From NCBI RefSeq assembly GCF_006345805.1, contig NC_042997.1:155558001-155622000 (forward strand): DNA of 64,000 nucleotides, given 5' to 3'. Below are positions 23,661 to 35,902 of this stretch, in pieces. The notes beneath the pieces were generated by a model. The model was not told the DNA's origin, did no database searches, and saw only the letters and a program-made list of their open reading frames with translations. The translations under genes were made by a program, and so were the position numbers. The stretch is from Octopus sinensis (Eukaryota). Each line of letters opens with the position of its first letter. The first letter of the stretch is position 1.

Positions 23661-24682
23661 TGGTTTTACTTGGAGAATGTTCATGATAAGCTTTCCAACA
23701 TCGGAGTCTCTTCTTCCAAGTCATTCCTGTCACACCTAAAGATCTCTTATAGCCCGACTCTTCCATAAATACACACACACACAACCAAGGATATTTAGTG
23801 TAGTCATTTTATTAGCTACGTCGTATGCAAATCACTTTCAAATCTCCATATTATTCCACTGTGTTCGAAGTTGGACAAAAGCTGATGTTATGTTTGGAAT
23901 CAGTACTCAAAAATTAGCAAGGTAGCTGTCTTCACCTTTAAAGAAGTACACAAGTACTATAGCAACATAACATTATCCTGGATACTTACGCTGAATTCCT
24001 TTGTAATGACAGCTGTACGTGACTTGAAAGAGATTTTACTGTAATTTCTAGCACGTCGAGCGACCACATAAAAGTTCCATCTTGTCGGCGCAGTTACTGA
24101 ATTCGTTATAATCGGAAGTTAAAACTGAACTGTCGCATTCCATTTGTGAAGCACTTACTACAATGCATACGTGCCTCTTTAAGCAGAAACCATATTCATT
24201 CATCATCATTGTATAAAATACACCATAAATTTATTCATTTATTAATTCATTCATTCATTCGATCTCAGCATTCTTTTAAAGAATAATTTTTTTTTCTGAA
24301 GAAAGACATCTGCTTAAACATATATTTCAATGCCAATTTAATATATTTATTACGAAAGTCAAGAGATGGCTTATCAAAAATGTGATGCGTAAGGGCAGCC
24401 GTAATTTCAAAAATTTTAGTCAATTACTCATAGTTTACATGTTTTGTACAGCTGTACAGCGATAGGACATGTCCATAGATGGCGACAAGTGGAATGGTGT
24501 GTAGATATAGAGATTAGCTGTGAATTGGCCAGCTTCTAAGCTAACTATCGACAGTAGAGCAACATCAGTAACATTCACTAAGGTGCAGTGAGTCAACGGT
24601 TTGTAATATTGAATAAAAAAAAATTGCACCAATCTTATAAATGAAGCTAGGACAAGATGGACAATCTTTTCTACTCTAATCA

Positions 24683-25582
24683 CAAGGCCCGAAATTTTAG
24701 GGGAGGGAGCCAGTCGATTAGATCGACTCCAGTACGCAACTAGTATGCAACTAGTACTTAATTTATCGACTCCGAAAAGATAAAAGGCAAAGTCGACCTC
24801 GGCGCAATTTGAACTCAGAACGTAGCGGCAGACGAAATACCTATTTCTTTACTACCCACAAGGGGCTAAACACAGAGGGGACAAACAAGGACAGACAAAC
24901 GGATTAAGTCGATCACATCGACCCCAGTGCGTAACTGATTCTTATTTAATCGACCCCGAAAAGATGAAAGGCAAGGTCGACCTCGGCAGAATTTGAACTC
25001 AGAACGTAGCGACAGACGAAATACCTATTTCTATACAGCCCACAAGGGGCTACATACAGAGGGGACAAACAAGGACAAAGGGTTTAAGTCGATTATATCG
25101 ACCCCAGTGCGTAACTGGTACTTAATTTATCGACCCCGAAAGGATGAAAGGCAAAGTCGACCTCGGTGGAATTTGAACCCAGAACGTAGCGGCAGACGAA
25201 ATACTTATTTCTTTACTACCCACAAGGGGCTAAACACAGAGAGGACAAACAAGGACAGACAAACAGATTAAGTCGATTATATCGACCCCAGTGCGTAACT
25301 GGTACTTATTTAATTGACCCCGAAAGGATGAAAGGCAAGTCGACCTCGGCGGAATTTGAACTCAGAACGTAGCGGCAGACGAAATATCTATTTCTTTATT
25401 ACCCACAAGGGATTACACATAGAGGGGATAAACAAGGACAGACATAGGTATTAAGTCGATTACATTGACCCCAGTCAAGGATGAAAGGAAAAGTAGACCT
25501 CGGCGGAATTTGAACTCAGAACGTAGCGGCAGGCGAAATACCGCTAAGCATTTCGCCCGGTGTGCTAACGTTTCTGCCGCCT
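24683..25582 (-). mobile_element. SINE family A multimer (about 5 tandem units)
   Basis: Repeated CGACCCCGAAAGGATGAAAGGCAAAGTCGACC...GAACTCAGAACGTAGCGGCAGACGAAATAC units of ~170-190 bp. Confidence 0.9.
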
Positions 25583-25639
25583 TATGACATGATGGATAAT
25601 GGTTGGCTTCAAATAAACCTTGCTTCGTTTACAGGTTTA

Positions 25640-26300
25640 ATAAATGTATAGATTGGAAAAAAAAACTCCTGAGGCATTTCAAGATGAGAAAGAAACTATT
25701 GCTTCTTAGGTTTTAATTGATATATTTAATCAATATAACATTATTGATAACATAATTCTATTTGTCAAATTATTGATCCCTGGAGTGTAAAGTTCTTGAC
25801 GTTTCAAAGCAAAAGAAAAAAAAGAAAAAAAAAATCACTCGAAATAGTTTTTAACTTCTTCACAATCAATAAACTGTTTTCCCTCTAAATTTGATTGTGA
25901 TGATCTGAAAGTATAACAGTCAGGTGGAGCAAGGTCGGATGAGTACCAAGGATGAGGCAAACTTCCATATTTAGTTGCTATAATCTTTTATCTGAGTGAC
26001 TTGGGTAATATGTGGTCATGCATTATCGTGTAAGAACATCCCTTTGCAAATGACTAAGGCTGGGCACTTTCCCCGTAAATTTTTGTGCAATGCTTCTAAT
26101 TGACAACAATACTTCACATTAACTGTTTTGTCTTGGTTTAACATTTCACGATAGGCGACACTCTTCATATTGCACCTAACGAAGAGTATAACATTTGGGG
26201 GATGTAATCCTGGTTTGGGAATAAATTCTCCTTTTCCATTGGATGTGTAGCACTTGTATAGGGACGGGTCACTTATTTATAGCCTTATTATGACAAGACT
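25640..26300 (-). mobile_element. Highly degenerate mariner remnant
   Basis: Minus translation SLPHPWYSSDLAPPDCYTF (cf. HPPYSPDLAPSDYYLF) near 25910-25970. Confidence 0.5.
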
Positions 26301-26499
26301 TGGTGTCAGTTTATACGCAATATTTATTGCTACATTTTTTTAACAGGCTTCATGAAAATACAGAGTCGATCTTATATGAACATCGTAGTTTACAGATGCT
26401 GAAGGTCTTCACAGATAATTAATAATTATGCTGATCTTTCACATTGCTGCTGAAACGTTTGGCTGAGTTAATTTCTTCATTCGTCTCCGAGTTGGTATA

Positions 26500-27290
26500 G
26501 ATCTGTGAAAAGAGCTATTAGGAAAATAGTGCTGATTTGAATATGCAGATGTGAAAAACAGCTACAAGAGAGGAATTTACGGGGAACCGTAACGAAACGA
26601 GGTCCCAATTCCCTTTAATAATCACGCCAAAAACGGTTGCTTTTAGGGCCGTCGCTGAAAGAACATTCTGGAACTTATCATGGGAACAACCAGTTCTTAT
26701 TGGTTGAAATTGGGGTCTGCACGCATGGTAAACTCGCGATTTACATGTGATCAGAAGATGGGAGTTGAAGTCAACTGCCATAGGTGCTAACCATTGTCGT
26801 TTTCGTTGAACATGATTATAGAGGATCCACTTTTCATCGATAGTGATGATTCTTCCCAAGAAAGGTTCAGTAACAAGTCTACTCTTCAATGGCGAGCAGA
26901 GGATAACTCTTTGGTTAAGCTGAGCACAATTGGATGATGAGAGGCCCGCTGGTCAAGTTTAGACATTTTTCCTATATCATGAAGGCGCTTTATGATCGAA
27001 GTGTAACTCGAATTTAACTGTTTACTCATTTTCGTGCAGTTTGCTTCGAATTTTCCTCACCTACGGTTTTCGGGAACTTAATATTGAACTTTTTCGTCCT
27101 GATCGAGCGGGATCCACGAGAGAAAATGTTTCCAGATGTGAGAGTGGCTGAATCATTGTTGGCATGCCCGGACACTTAAACCTTCATTTCCAGAGACAGA
27201 ATGAATATTTCTTGTCGCTTCCATTGTTGTAGGGACCCTTTTTAAATTCATGCAACATGTAATATCTGATTTTAAAAAGGTAAAATCGAT
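26500..27290 (-). mobile_element. Degenerate mariner (DD34D-type) transposase
   Basis: KIRYYMLHEFKKG...EATRNI N-terminus and FLGRIITIDEKWILYN catalytic-D motif; frameshifts. Confidence 0.75.
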
Positions 27291-28419
27291 ACGAATGTCA
27301 CGAGGTGTGATTACCAATGTCACGATGGTCATAGAACGAAAGACGTGAGATGCTAGCGGTTGAGTTGGGTTCAGGCTGTGTATAATAAATACACACCACT
27401 TTTAAACAATTGACCAAATTTTATTCACTGCACGAAATAATCTTCATGTTGGTCTCCAATTTAAAATGCAACAACAAAGTCAAAACACTGGAAGAAGAAT
27501 TCTGTAGTTAATACAACATAGTTAGTTAAGTAGGCTCTGTAAATAAGCTGTCACAACATGAGAAAAATACCACGCTGGGTCCATGTCTGCAAAACTGTAG
27601 CTGCTGTCTACTTGCTTGAGTAAGGAGTCATTAGAACGACTGTTGAATGCAACAAGTGAGAATGTGGTTTGCTTGACGGCGATAGTCCACCAACTGAAAT
27701 TTGGTGTCCAAAGCATGCCTATTTATAAGCCTTGTTAAGGGACGTTCAAAGAGATTCTAGAAAGTAGCATCACGTGATGTCTCGATGCTGATCAATCAAT
27801 TACTCGGCCGATCATATGAAATACCTGTTATTAAGCCATGATTTTAACGTGGTAATTTGCCGATTCAGTTCCGAATCTGCTCCACTAATGGATCCACTAT
27901 GGTATAACGTAATCTGCAAAGGAAAAAACATTAGAATATTAAAGCTTATTTTACAGTAAGAACGGAAAAAGTACCCTCAAAATGATCATGTCAAAAATAC
28001 AGCAGAACTTTTTTTTCCAGTTCAATAGTTCTTTCTGACTCTAGCTGCTTATCCTCTGGATCAAGAGCGTGAGTACCAATTACATGTGTTTTTCGCCGCA
28101 ACTACATGAGCACCCAAAACAATGCAAAAAGCATGGTGCATGAGAAGAGAAAAAATTTGATGATGGATAAATGGCAAAAGTAGTAGGCTTAGAAAGCTTG
28201 AAGCTTCTTGTCGGAAGACTACAAGCTAGTGAGTTGAGTGTGATGTTGGTGGGTGGGTGCTAGATTGGGATCTACCCAAGGTCCTGCACAGATGACCACT
28301 TAGCTCTATTTAGGGATTACGATGTTTTCCCCATTCTGAGGGCATCCTGATAAAAAGAAAGATAAAAATTACCCACTCAATTTGAGTCTCTACTTTTTAT
28401 TCTCAGTATAAAGAAAGAA

Positions 28420-28625
28420 GGTGGCGAGCCAGAAGAATTGTTAACCCGCCGGGCAAAATGTGTAGGGGTATTTCGTTCGTCCTTACGTTCTGAGTTCAAA
28501 TTCCACCGAAGTCGACTTTGACTTTCAACCTTTCAGGGTCGATAAAATAAGTACCAGTCAAGCACTGGGGTCAATATAATAGACTTACCCCCCTTTCGCG
28601 TACTTGCTGGTCTTGTGCCAAAATT
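28420..28625 (+). mobile_element. SINE family A monomer
   Basis: Core motif match. Confidence 0.8.
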
Positions 28626-29493
28626 TGAAACTAATTTGAAACCAATATAAAGAAAGAAGAAAACAATTCTGTACGATGTTGAATGTAGCTAATCCAGGAG
28701 TGCTTGAATGAAGAACTGCTATAAGTCGATAGAGAATCGATGTGCTATGATATACATAGTGTTGCGCAGTCAGAAACATGACCGAAAAAACGGAGAGTTA
28801 CAAGTGCAGAACAACTGCTTCTTCAGGAAATAAGGACGCTGTATGGAATGAAGTTGATATTGACCTAGCACTCGCGAACACACTTATCAGCAAACTACTG
28901 TCGCTTCCTGTTAAGGCTATAGATTTGTCTTGACTGCAAATTAAAATGTGACTGTTTTAGTATCTATGTCCCTATGATGACAAACAAAATAAGAAGGATT
29001 TCTTATGATTCACTACAAACAACCGATAAACAATATGTCTTTGGCGATTTTAACGCAATAGTGAGGAGAGATTACCAAAAAGAGTCAACTAAAACAATCG
29101 CCTTCTTACAGTTACCTTAAAAGTGGTGTTGCGGCTTGCTTCGTTCATGGTCGAAGCAATGGAATCTGTCAGACTGCGTCCTTACCGCTAAGGACAGCGT
29201 AACAATGACGAAAAAAATCGTTAACTTAAGGTAAATGATTTCCCTTGATTGGGATCGTGGAGCAAATTTCGGATTATCACCCTTAAACTATAATTTGTTC
29301 CCATTAATTTTGGAACAATTGATTTAGTCCACTTGAGGGCGCTTCTAATTATATAACTATTGTTTTGTTTCCACTACAATGACAGAACACTTGCCTTTTC
29401 CTCTGCGATTGTCATCTTTCATGGCACACCATGTTTGATCTATAACAGTTGCTCTGTATTTTGCGTGTGTGCACATTCAATATACTAAGTTAC

Positions 29494-29739
29494 GGGCATA
29501 TGGCGTAGTGGTTAAGAGCGCGGGCTACTAACCCCAAGATTCCGAGTACAATTCCAGGCAGTGACCTGAATAATTATAATAATAATAACATCGAAAAATA
29601 CTTTAGGAATGAGAACCCAGGTTCAAAATTTACCCAAGACACCTGATGAAGGATGGAGGGTATATCGGCCGAAACGTTGTGTTAACAACAAACAAGATGA
29701 GGGCAAATATCCGTCAAAATGTAAATAACGTAAATAATG
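29494..29739 (+). mobile_element. tRNA-headed SINE with a hammerhead-containing 3' tail
   Basis: A box TGGCGTAGTGG, B-box-like GAGTACAATTCC, tRNA-like arm; 11-bp TSD TACTAAGTTAC (29483-29493, 29740-29750). Confidence 0.85.
29638..29683 (+). ncRNA. Minimal (Penelope-type) hammerhead ribozyme motif
   Basis: (G)ACAC-CTGATGA-A-GGATG..CGGCC-GAAAC-GT-T-GTGT(T): core CUGAUGA, GAAA and GUU triplet, stem I ACAC/GTGT, loopless palindromic stem III ACGT. Stem II has one mismatch and one wobble. Confidence 0.6.
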
Positions 29740-29771
29740 TACTAAGTTACTCTGTTCAAAGATGTTTTCTG

Positions 29772-30635
29772 GGATCTTTTCCTTTTGAACGGCACTTTGT
29801 AATATAATTTCTAGGTAACTAAAAAGTTTTAAACTTCGTATACTGTTAGAATGTGTTTATAAAACATCATTTTCTCTTGGCTTTATTGAGAAAATTCTAT
29901 AGGTTGTAAGATATTTCGTCTAAAAATTCTAGCATTTCGGCAATTTTAACCAATCGCTGACGTCCATTTAGGTAAACAACATTCTGTGCGTAATGAATAT
30001 GTCCCTCCTTTAAGAAACAGATTGGGTTTATTTACATTTGTGAAGAAAAAGATACCCTTCCCCCACCCCTAACCCTAACCCTAACCCTAACTAACCCCAA
30101 CTCTAACCCTAAATCTAAAATAGATTGAAATGCAATAGATCGATACTAGGGTTATAATTATGAGTGACAATTTCATACGGCACCGCTATGGAAAATGGGA
30201 TTTTTTTCTAGCGGTGTCAAATGAAAATGTCACCCATAATTATGGCCCTAGTATCGATCTATTGCATTTCAATCTATTTTAGATTTAGGGTTAGAGTTAG
30301 GGTTAATTAGGGTTAGTTAGGATTAGTTAGGGTTAGGGTTAGGGTTAGGGGTTGGGGAAGGGTATCTTTTTTTTCTTCACAAATGTAAATAAACCCACTC
30401 TGTTTCTTAAACGAGGGACATATTCATTATGCACAGAATGTTGTTTACCTAAATGGACGTCAGCGATTGGTTAAAATTGCCGAAATGCTAGAAATTTTAG
30501 ACGAAATATCTTACAACCTAGAGAATTTTCTCAATAAAGCCAAGAGAAAATTATGTTTTATAAACACATTCTACCAGTATACGAAGTTAAAAACTTTTTA
30601 GTTACCTAGAAATTATGTTCAAAAGGAAAAGATCC
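29772..30635. mobile_element. Head-to-head foldback dimer of TTAGGG MITE family A
   Basis: Two inverted monomers lacking inner TIRs, bounded by a single 8-bp TSD GTTTTCTG (29764-29771, 30636-30643). Confidence 0.9.
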
Positions 30636-31329
30636 GTTTTCTGCATTTTAACAACACCAGCATTTTGTGTGTAAACATCCCGACATAAAATAAAATTATG
30701 AAACGAAATATGCGTCTGAAATTCTTTGCTTCAGTACACGGGCCAGTGGTGTTACTTCGACACGTGGAAGGCCGAGGGTGCCATTTTCTTTCAGCTCTGC
30801 ACCGCATCCCGACGTCTATGAACGATTAACTAGTATCACTGGACAGCATCCAATAACAGCATTGCAGATATCAGATGTACACGTGCTGAGATGTTAATTG
30901 CTGACTGTTTCACTGATCACGTATTAGCAAGTAATCAGTTTGATATACCAGACTGCGAAACTGAAGTGCAAGAAAATCAACAGAACTGTGTCAAAACCAC
31001 TCTACGTTAGCAAACTAAAAATGTTATGTGGACATGTAGCAGTTGATGTTTGCTAAGCACAGTTGTGTGAAGCAATCTACAAAGTAGCTGTTGCCTTAAT
31101 CGCCTCCCCATAACGCAAACATACTGATTGGTTTGTATAAAAACAACTGTTAACTGGAAGGCGAAAGTTGTTCTCAACAGGAGCAATCTACCAGCAGACT
31201 CGAATTCGTAAATGCCTTACTACAAAAGGAATTGCAGCAGCTGAAAAATCGATGATAGGATCAGAAATTTAGACTTTTTACTGATTATTACAAAGCCAGT
31301 CTGAGAGAAGTATTAACTGGTGTTGCGTT

Positions 31330-31640
31330 GGTTACGACAACGGGTGTTCCAGTTGATCCGATCTACTGAACAGCCTGCTGCTCGTGAAATCAACGCGCAA
31401 GTGGCTGAGCCATCCACAGATACGTATACCCTTAACGTAGTTTTTAGGGAGATACAGCGTGACACAGAATGTGACGAAGCTGGCCCTTTGAATTACAAAT
31501 ACAACTCAATTTTGCCAGCTAAGTGAACTGGAGCAACGTGAAATAAAGTGTCTTGCTTAAGGACACAACGCGCCGCCGGGAATCGAACTCACGACGTTAC
31601 AATCGTGAGCCGAATGTCCTAAACGCTAAGCCACATACCT
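31330..31640 (-). mobile_element. SINE: family C head with the tail seen at 1105
   Basis: Shares GTTGATCCGATC..GAACAGCCTGCTCGTGAAAT with 1130-1290 and shares its head with 7130 and 16790. Confidence 0.75.
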
Positions 31641-31859
31641 TCACGAGAAATAGGTCTATAGCCTCCAGAAAAGTAGTAACGGACCAGCGAGGAATAAGAA
31701 TCGTTCGCATATCTATACTGAGAAAAGTGATATCATGGGGCGTTGGCGGAAATATGTTAGTCATTTACTAAATCTACTCTCAACAATTTCTTGAGAAACT
31801 CTGGAATGTATCCAGCAACTTCCAGAAAATACTAGTTTGGATCTACAGCTGCACATGGA

Positions 31860-32130
31860 AGAGTTGTTGACCGTGAGACATATACAGGAAAAGCTCTTAG
31901 TGTTGAAGTATTCCCATAGAAGCAGGATATAAAGGAATTACTTCATAGACTTCTCCAATTCATCAGCAAATGCTGGTAATGCGGTACCTACTTCCAACAA
32001 GGGTGTACAGATAGTCACCATTTACAAGTGGAAGGGTGACGAACAGAACTATAGAAACTATCAAAGAATTTCCATTTTCTCAATTGCAAGAAAAATTCTA
32101 GTAAGAATACTGCTGAAGAGATTTCAAAAA
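31860..32130 (+). mobile_element. Degenerate RTE-clade RT fragment
   Basis: IVTIYKWKGDEQNYRNYQRISIFSIARKILVRILLKR (cf. IYKxKGDxxxCxNYRGISLLSxAGKILARILLNR). Confidence 0.65.
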
Positions 32131-34969
32131 TACGCGTGCGAATTCTTCCTGAAAACCGGAAATTATGACTAAGAGCACCAACAATATTATTTTCAAGGAG
32201 CGAAAATTCAAGAAAAAAAAGTTATCAAACGGCAAGTCACAAAGCTATTAATCAAATTTACAAAGCGAAATTGGAATATAGGGCTTATGACGTTTTCTCA
32301 AAAGATACGGGTATACATCCTGTCGAATTTTTAGAGATAAACAGTTCCGTGATGGTATAATTATTTCGATCTCTCTTGGGAGCGACGGATCAGCCTACCG
32401 ATCACCCATAGAGTAAAATAGAAACGTATAAAAGCTCCAATGCTAGCTACATTCTCTCTGAGTACCACATTTGAAAAGATGGTGAGAGAGCTCACATGTG
32501 TGGAATTTTTATCTGCACAAGAGAGGATGAAACCTATCTCGGCTAAAATCCACAAGGAAATGCCATGATATGTATAATCGTGGACTTTTCTTCGCTAATG
32601 TTTCAGCTCTAATGGTTTGGCCGACGAACAAATGTTAAAAAAAAAGTTCAAAGCGTTGTATTAGCCTGAACAAGAGGTACTAGAACCCGACCAGTTTCTA
32701 AGTATGTTGAAGAAGCTTACATATTTGAACTGTATGATTTCTGACAACCACTTGAACGCAGTGATGGATCGCCACTTAAAGCCAGCTGTGGTTGCTCTCG
32801 AAAAGTTCATCTGCAGAGACAAAAAAAAAAGCATGAAGCTGGCAAAGAAAATGCAAAGTGTACTGAGCAGTAGTAATTATTCTAGCCGTTGTAGTCTGTT
32901 GAAACCAGCACGCTGTATTTCGACACATCAGCAAACTGATGAGGTGTCATTTGTACCTGCTACGATCTTTAATGAACAGTTCTTGGTGAGATCATATATC
33001 TAACCAAGAGTGGTAACAAAGTGCAAGTATTCGTAGTGTTGAATTTATCCTGTTTGAGTACATCTACACCGATCGGGACACGCGATTCGCGTGAAAGACA
33101 CTAGGACCCCCAAGGCTTCTGCAGTGAAATGAAATGTGAAAACCGTCGAAGAGGGCAGCTGAAATCGATTATAAGGATGTTATCAAACGACATCATGACG
33201 ATGTGGTTTGTCTGGTTGCGACCTCATGGAGGAAAGATAACGACTAACCGAAAACAATAGAACCTGATTACGTAGTGAGGGTTTTGGACGCCTCTTCTTT
33301 AAACATTCGACTGCAATTTCCCTTACCTTCATGACCGTATGTCTGAACCGCTCACTACACACGCTTCACGTTACGTCACTGACAGAACGCTATAAAGAAA
33401 GGTGTAAATGTTAAGAGTAATATTGCATAAAAGAAAAGGAAGAGAGGAAACTGTTGTACAAGATCCGCTACACCAGGACTGCCAACAATATTCTGCAACC
33501 TCTAAAGTCATAGTTCAGTCAATACATTTGATCTACAATCACACGAAAGAGTGATACCTAGTTGAGAAGTTTATTTGTTATATTTACGAAAACAAAATCC
33601 CTTTCTACCGCCAAGTCATACTTGATTACACGTGACAGTTACAAAAAAAGCATGTTTTTAGGATTGTCTGGGAAATATGAGGTTTATCGACGAAAGAAGC
33701 CGGACTTTGACAAAATAAAAAATACAATATTAATTGCTTTGCGTGCAGTTATACTTCCTTCAAAATATTTCTCTCTTCAGTTGAAATACCGCCCATCTAA
33801 ACATTTTGACCAGTTCGAGAACGCGTTTTCCGGATCGTACACAGTTCTTGTAGCCAATTTTCTTCGATCGTTTGAAAGCGACCTTTCATAATGGATTTCA
33901 ACTTTAGGAACGAATAAAGAACCTAGTGGGTTGGGCAGCTGGGGAACAAGAGTCGTTTCGTTCTTTATTAGCAAAAGGTCAAGGATAAAGTAGTGACACA
34001 TGAATAGATGCATTGTTGTAGAGCAACTTCCAGGTTTTGTTTGTCCGTGTCTCAGATCTCTTTATTCTTACTGCTTCTTATAAAACACCACAGGATATCC
34101 AAGTAAAGTTCGTTATTGATCGTTTGACCACGCAAAACAAATTCATGAGGAACAACATTTTTCAACTAAAAACAATAAAAAATGACACATCACTTCATTT
34201 GAGCTAATCTGATGTGCTTCTTTGGTGACTTGGACGATGAATTCAATTTACTGTTCTTGTTTCAGAACCATAACTGTACACCTACATTTCGTCATATTTT
34301 ACATAAATACTTTCCAAAAAATTTTCATCAGCATTTGAACGATTAAACGATTCATAATTTTGATTCAGTTCCTTTTTTGTTTATATATCAGCACAGTTTT
34401 GAAACACGATACATCTTTAAGTTTCAGTACAAACTTTTACAAATGTTAGGTAAATACACATAGTCAGACGACGATTTTCGCGGATCGCAGAACATACTCC
34501 TGCAATAGGATATTTGTCTGTTGTGAAATGTCGTCTAAATTTGAAATTGCTTTTGGTGAGGGATCTTCCGTATTTGAAATACTGATACCACAAACGACAT
34601 TTCGTATGGTTCAAACAATCCTCCTCGCAGGCCTGAGGCAACATTACAGCAGTTTTCATAAAGGTCAACGGCCTCTCCGCATCCATGTTTGAAACGATTT
34701 CGCACAAACACGTTGTTCTTCCGGATTCCGCATTGATCAACTTGAAATAAATTGCTAATCACACTAAACATATGTTCACTCTTACACATGCATATTGATG
34801 GGTAACTGATATGGTCTGAAGTGATTTTTATTATACAAATGGTCAAAGGGTCGCCCATACGCAGTGCTGCAGCTGTGATCATGCAGTACCATCTGGCTAG
34901 TACGTTACGTTCAAAGCCTAGTTTTATTTTTTTGTTCTTTTTTACAGTCCTTGTAATCATATCTAACAT

Positions 34970-35378
34970 AGGCGCAGGAGTGGCTGTGTGACAAGTAGCT
35001 TGCTTACCAACCACATGGTTCCGGGTTCTGTCCCACTGCGTGGCACTTTCGACAAGTGTCTTTTACTATAGCCTCGAGCCGACCAAAGCCTTGTGGGTGG
35101 ATTTAGTAGAGGGAAACTGAAAGAAGCCCGTCATGTATATGTATGTGTGTGTGTGTTTGTGTGTCTGTGTTTGTCCCCCACCCCCCATCCCACAACATTG
35201 CTTGACATGCGATGCTTGTGTGTATCCGTCCCGGTAACTTAGCGGTTCAGCAAAAAGAGACCAACAGAATATGTACTAGGCTTACAAAGATTAAGTCCTG
35301 GAGTCAATTTGCTTGACTAAAAGGTGGTGCTCCAGCATGTCCGCAGTCAAATGACAGAAACAAGTTAAAGAATTAAAG
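34970..35378 (+). mobile_element. SINE family B
   Basis: Full head-body-tail. Confidence 0.85.
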
Positions 35379-35505
35379 AATAGGTATGACCATGTGATTA
35401 AGAATTTACTTTACAAATGCATAAGTTTGAATTAGATTTTATTGGGCATCACCTTAAGCAAGTCTTCAACCATAGTCTTGACCACACTCATGCTTTGTAT
35501 ATAAA

Positions 35506-35902
35506 CTAGCAGTATCGCCTGGCGTTGCTCGGGTTTGTAAGGGAAATAACTATATAAGCATTTTTAGAGATGTAAAGTATAATAACCATCTCAATATGGC
35601 TAACCACAAAGAGGGGTGTTACTGTAGCTTTTTACGTTCTGAGATTTAATAATACATTTTTAGAGAGTTACTTCCCTTATATAATAGCCAAAAAAATGCA
35701 TTAAAAATGGGAAAAAATTATGGTAAATTTTTTTTTTTTATCGTAGACTCATCGTAGACGCGCGCTAATACCCAGAAGGGCTTGATATGAATCACGACTA
35801 TAAGATACCCGCTTTTGGTTACACTGCACCGCAAAATGTGGGAGTAGTTAGGAATCTAAATCGTAGGAGACAGACACACAACTTCACTTTTATATATAAA
35901 GA
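35506..35902 (-). mobile_element. Non-autonomous Helitron
   Basis: Same TC start and hairpin+CTAG end as 4253-4642, but a different interior. Confidence 0.8.

Noticed and set aside
24683-25582. CRISPR-like or retrozyme array
   Set aside because: The units are whole-length SINE duplicates without unique spacers, and no CUGANGA/GAAA core was found on either strand.
33045-33118. ALGVLVSFTRIACPDRCRC resembling a signal peptide plus LRR N-cap
   Set aside because: A stop follows within 5 codons and there is no in-frame start upstream; probably chance.
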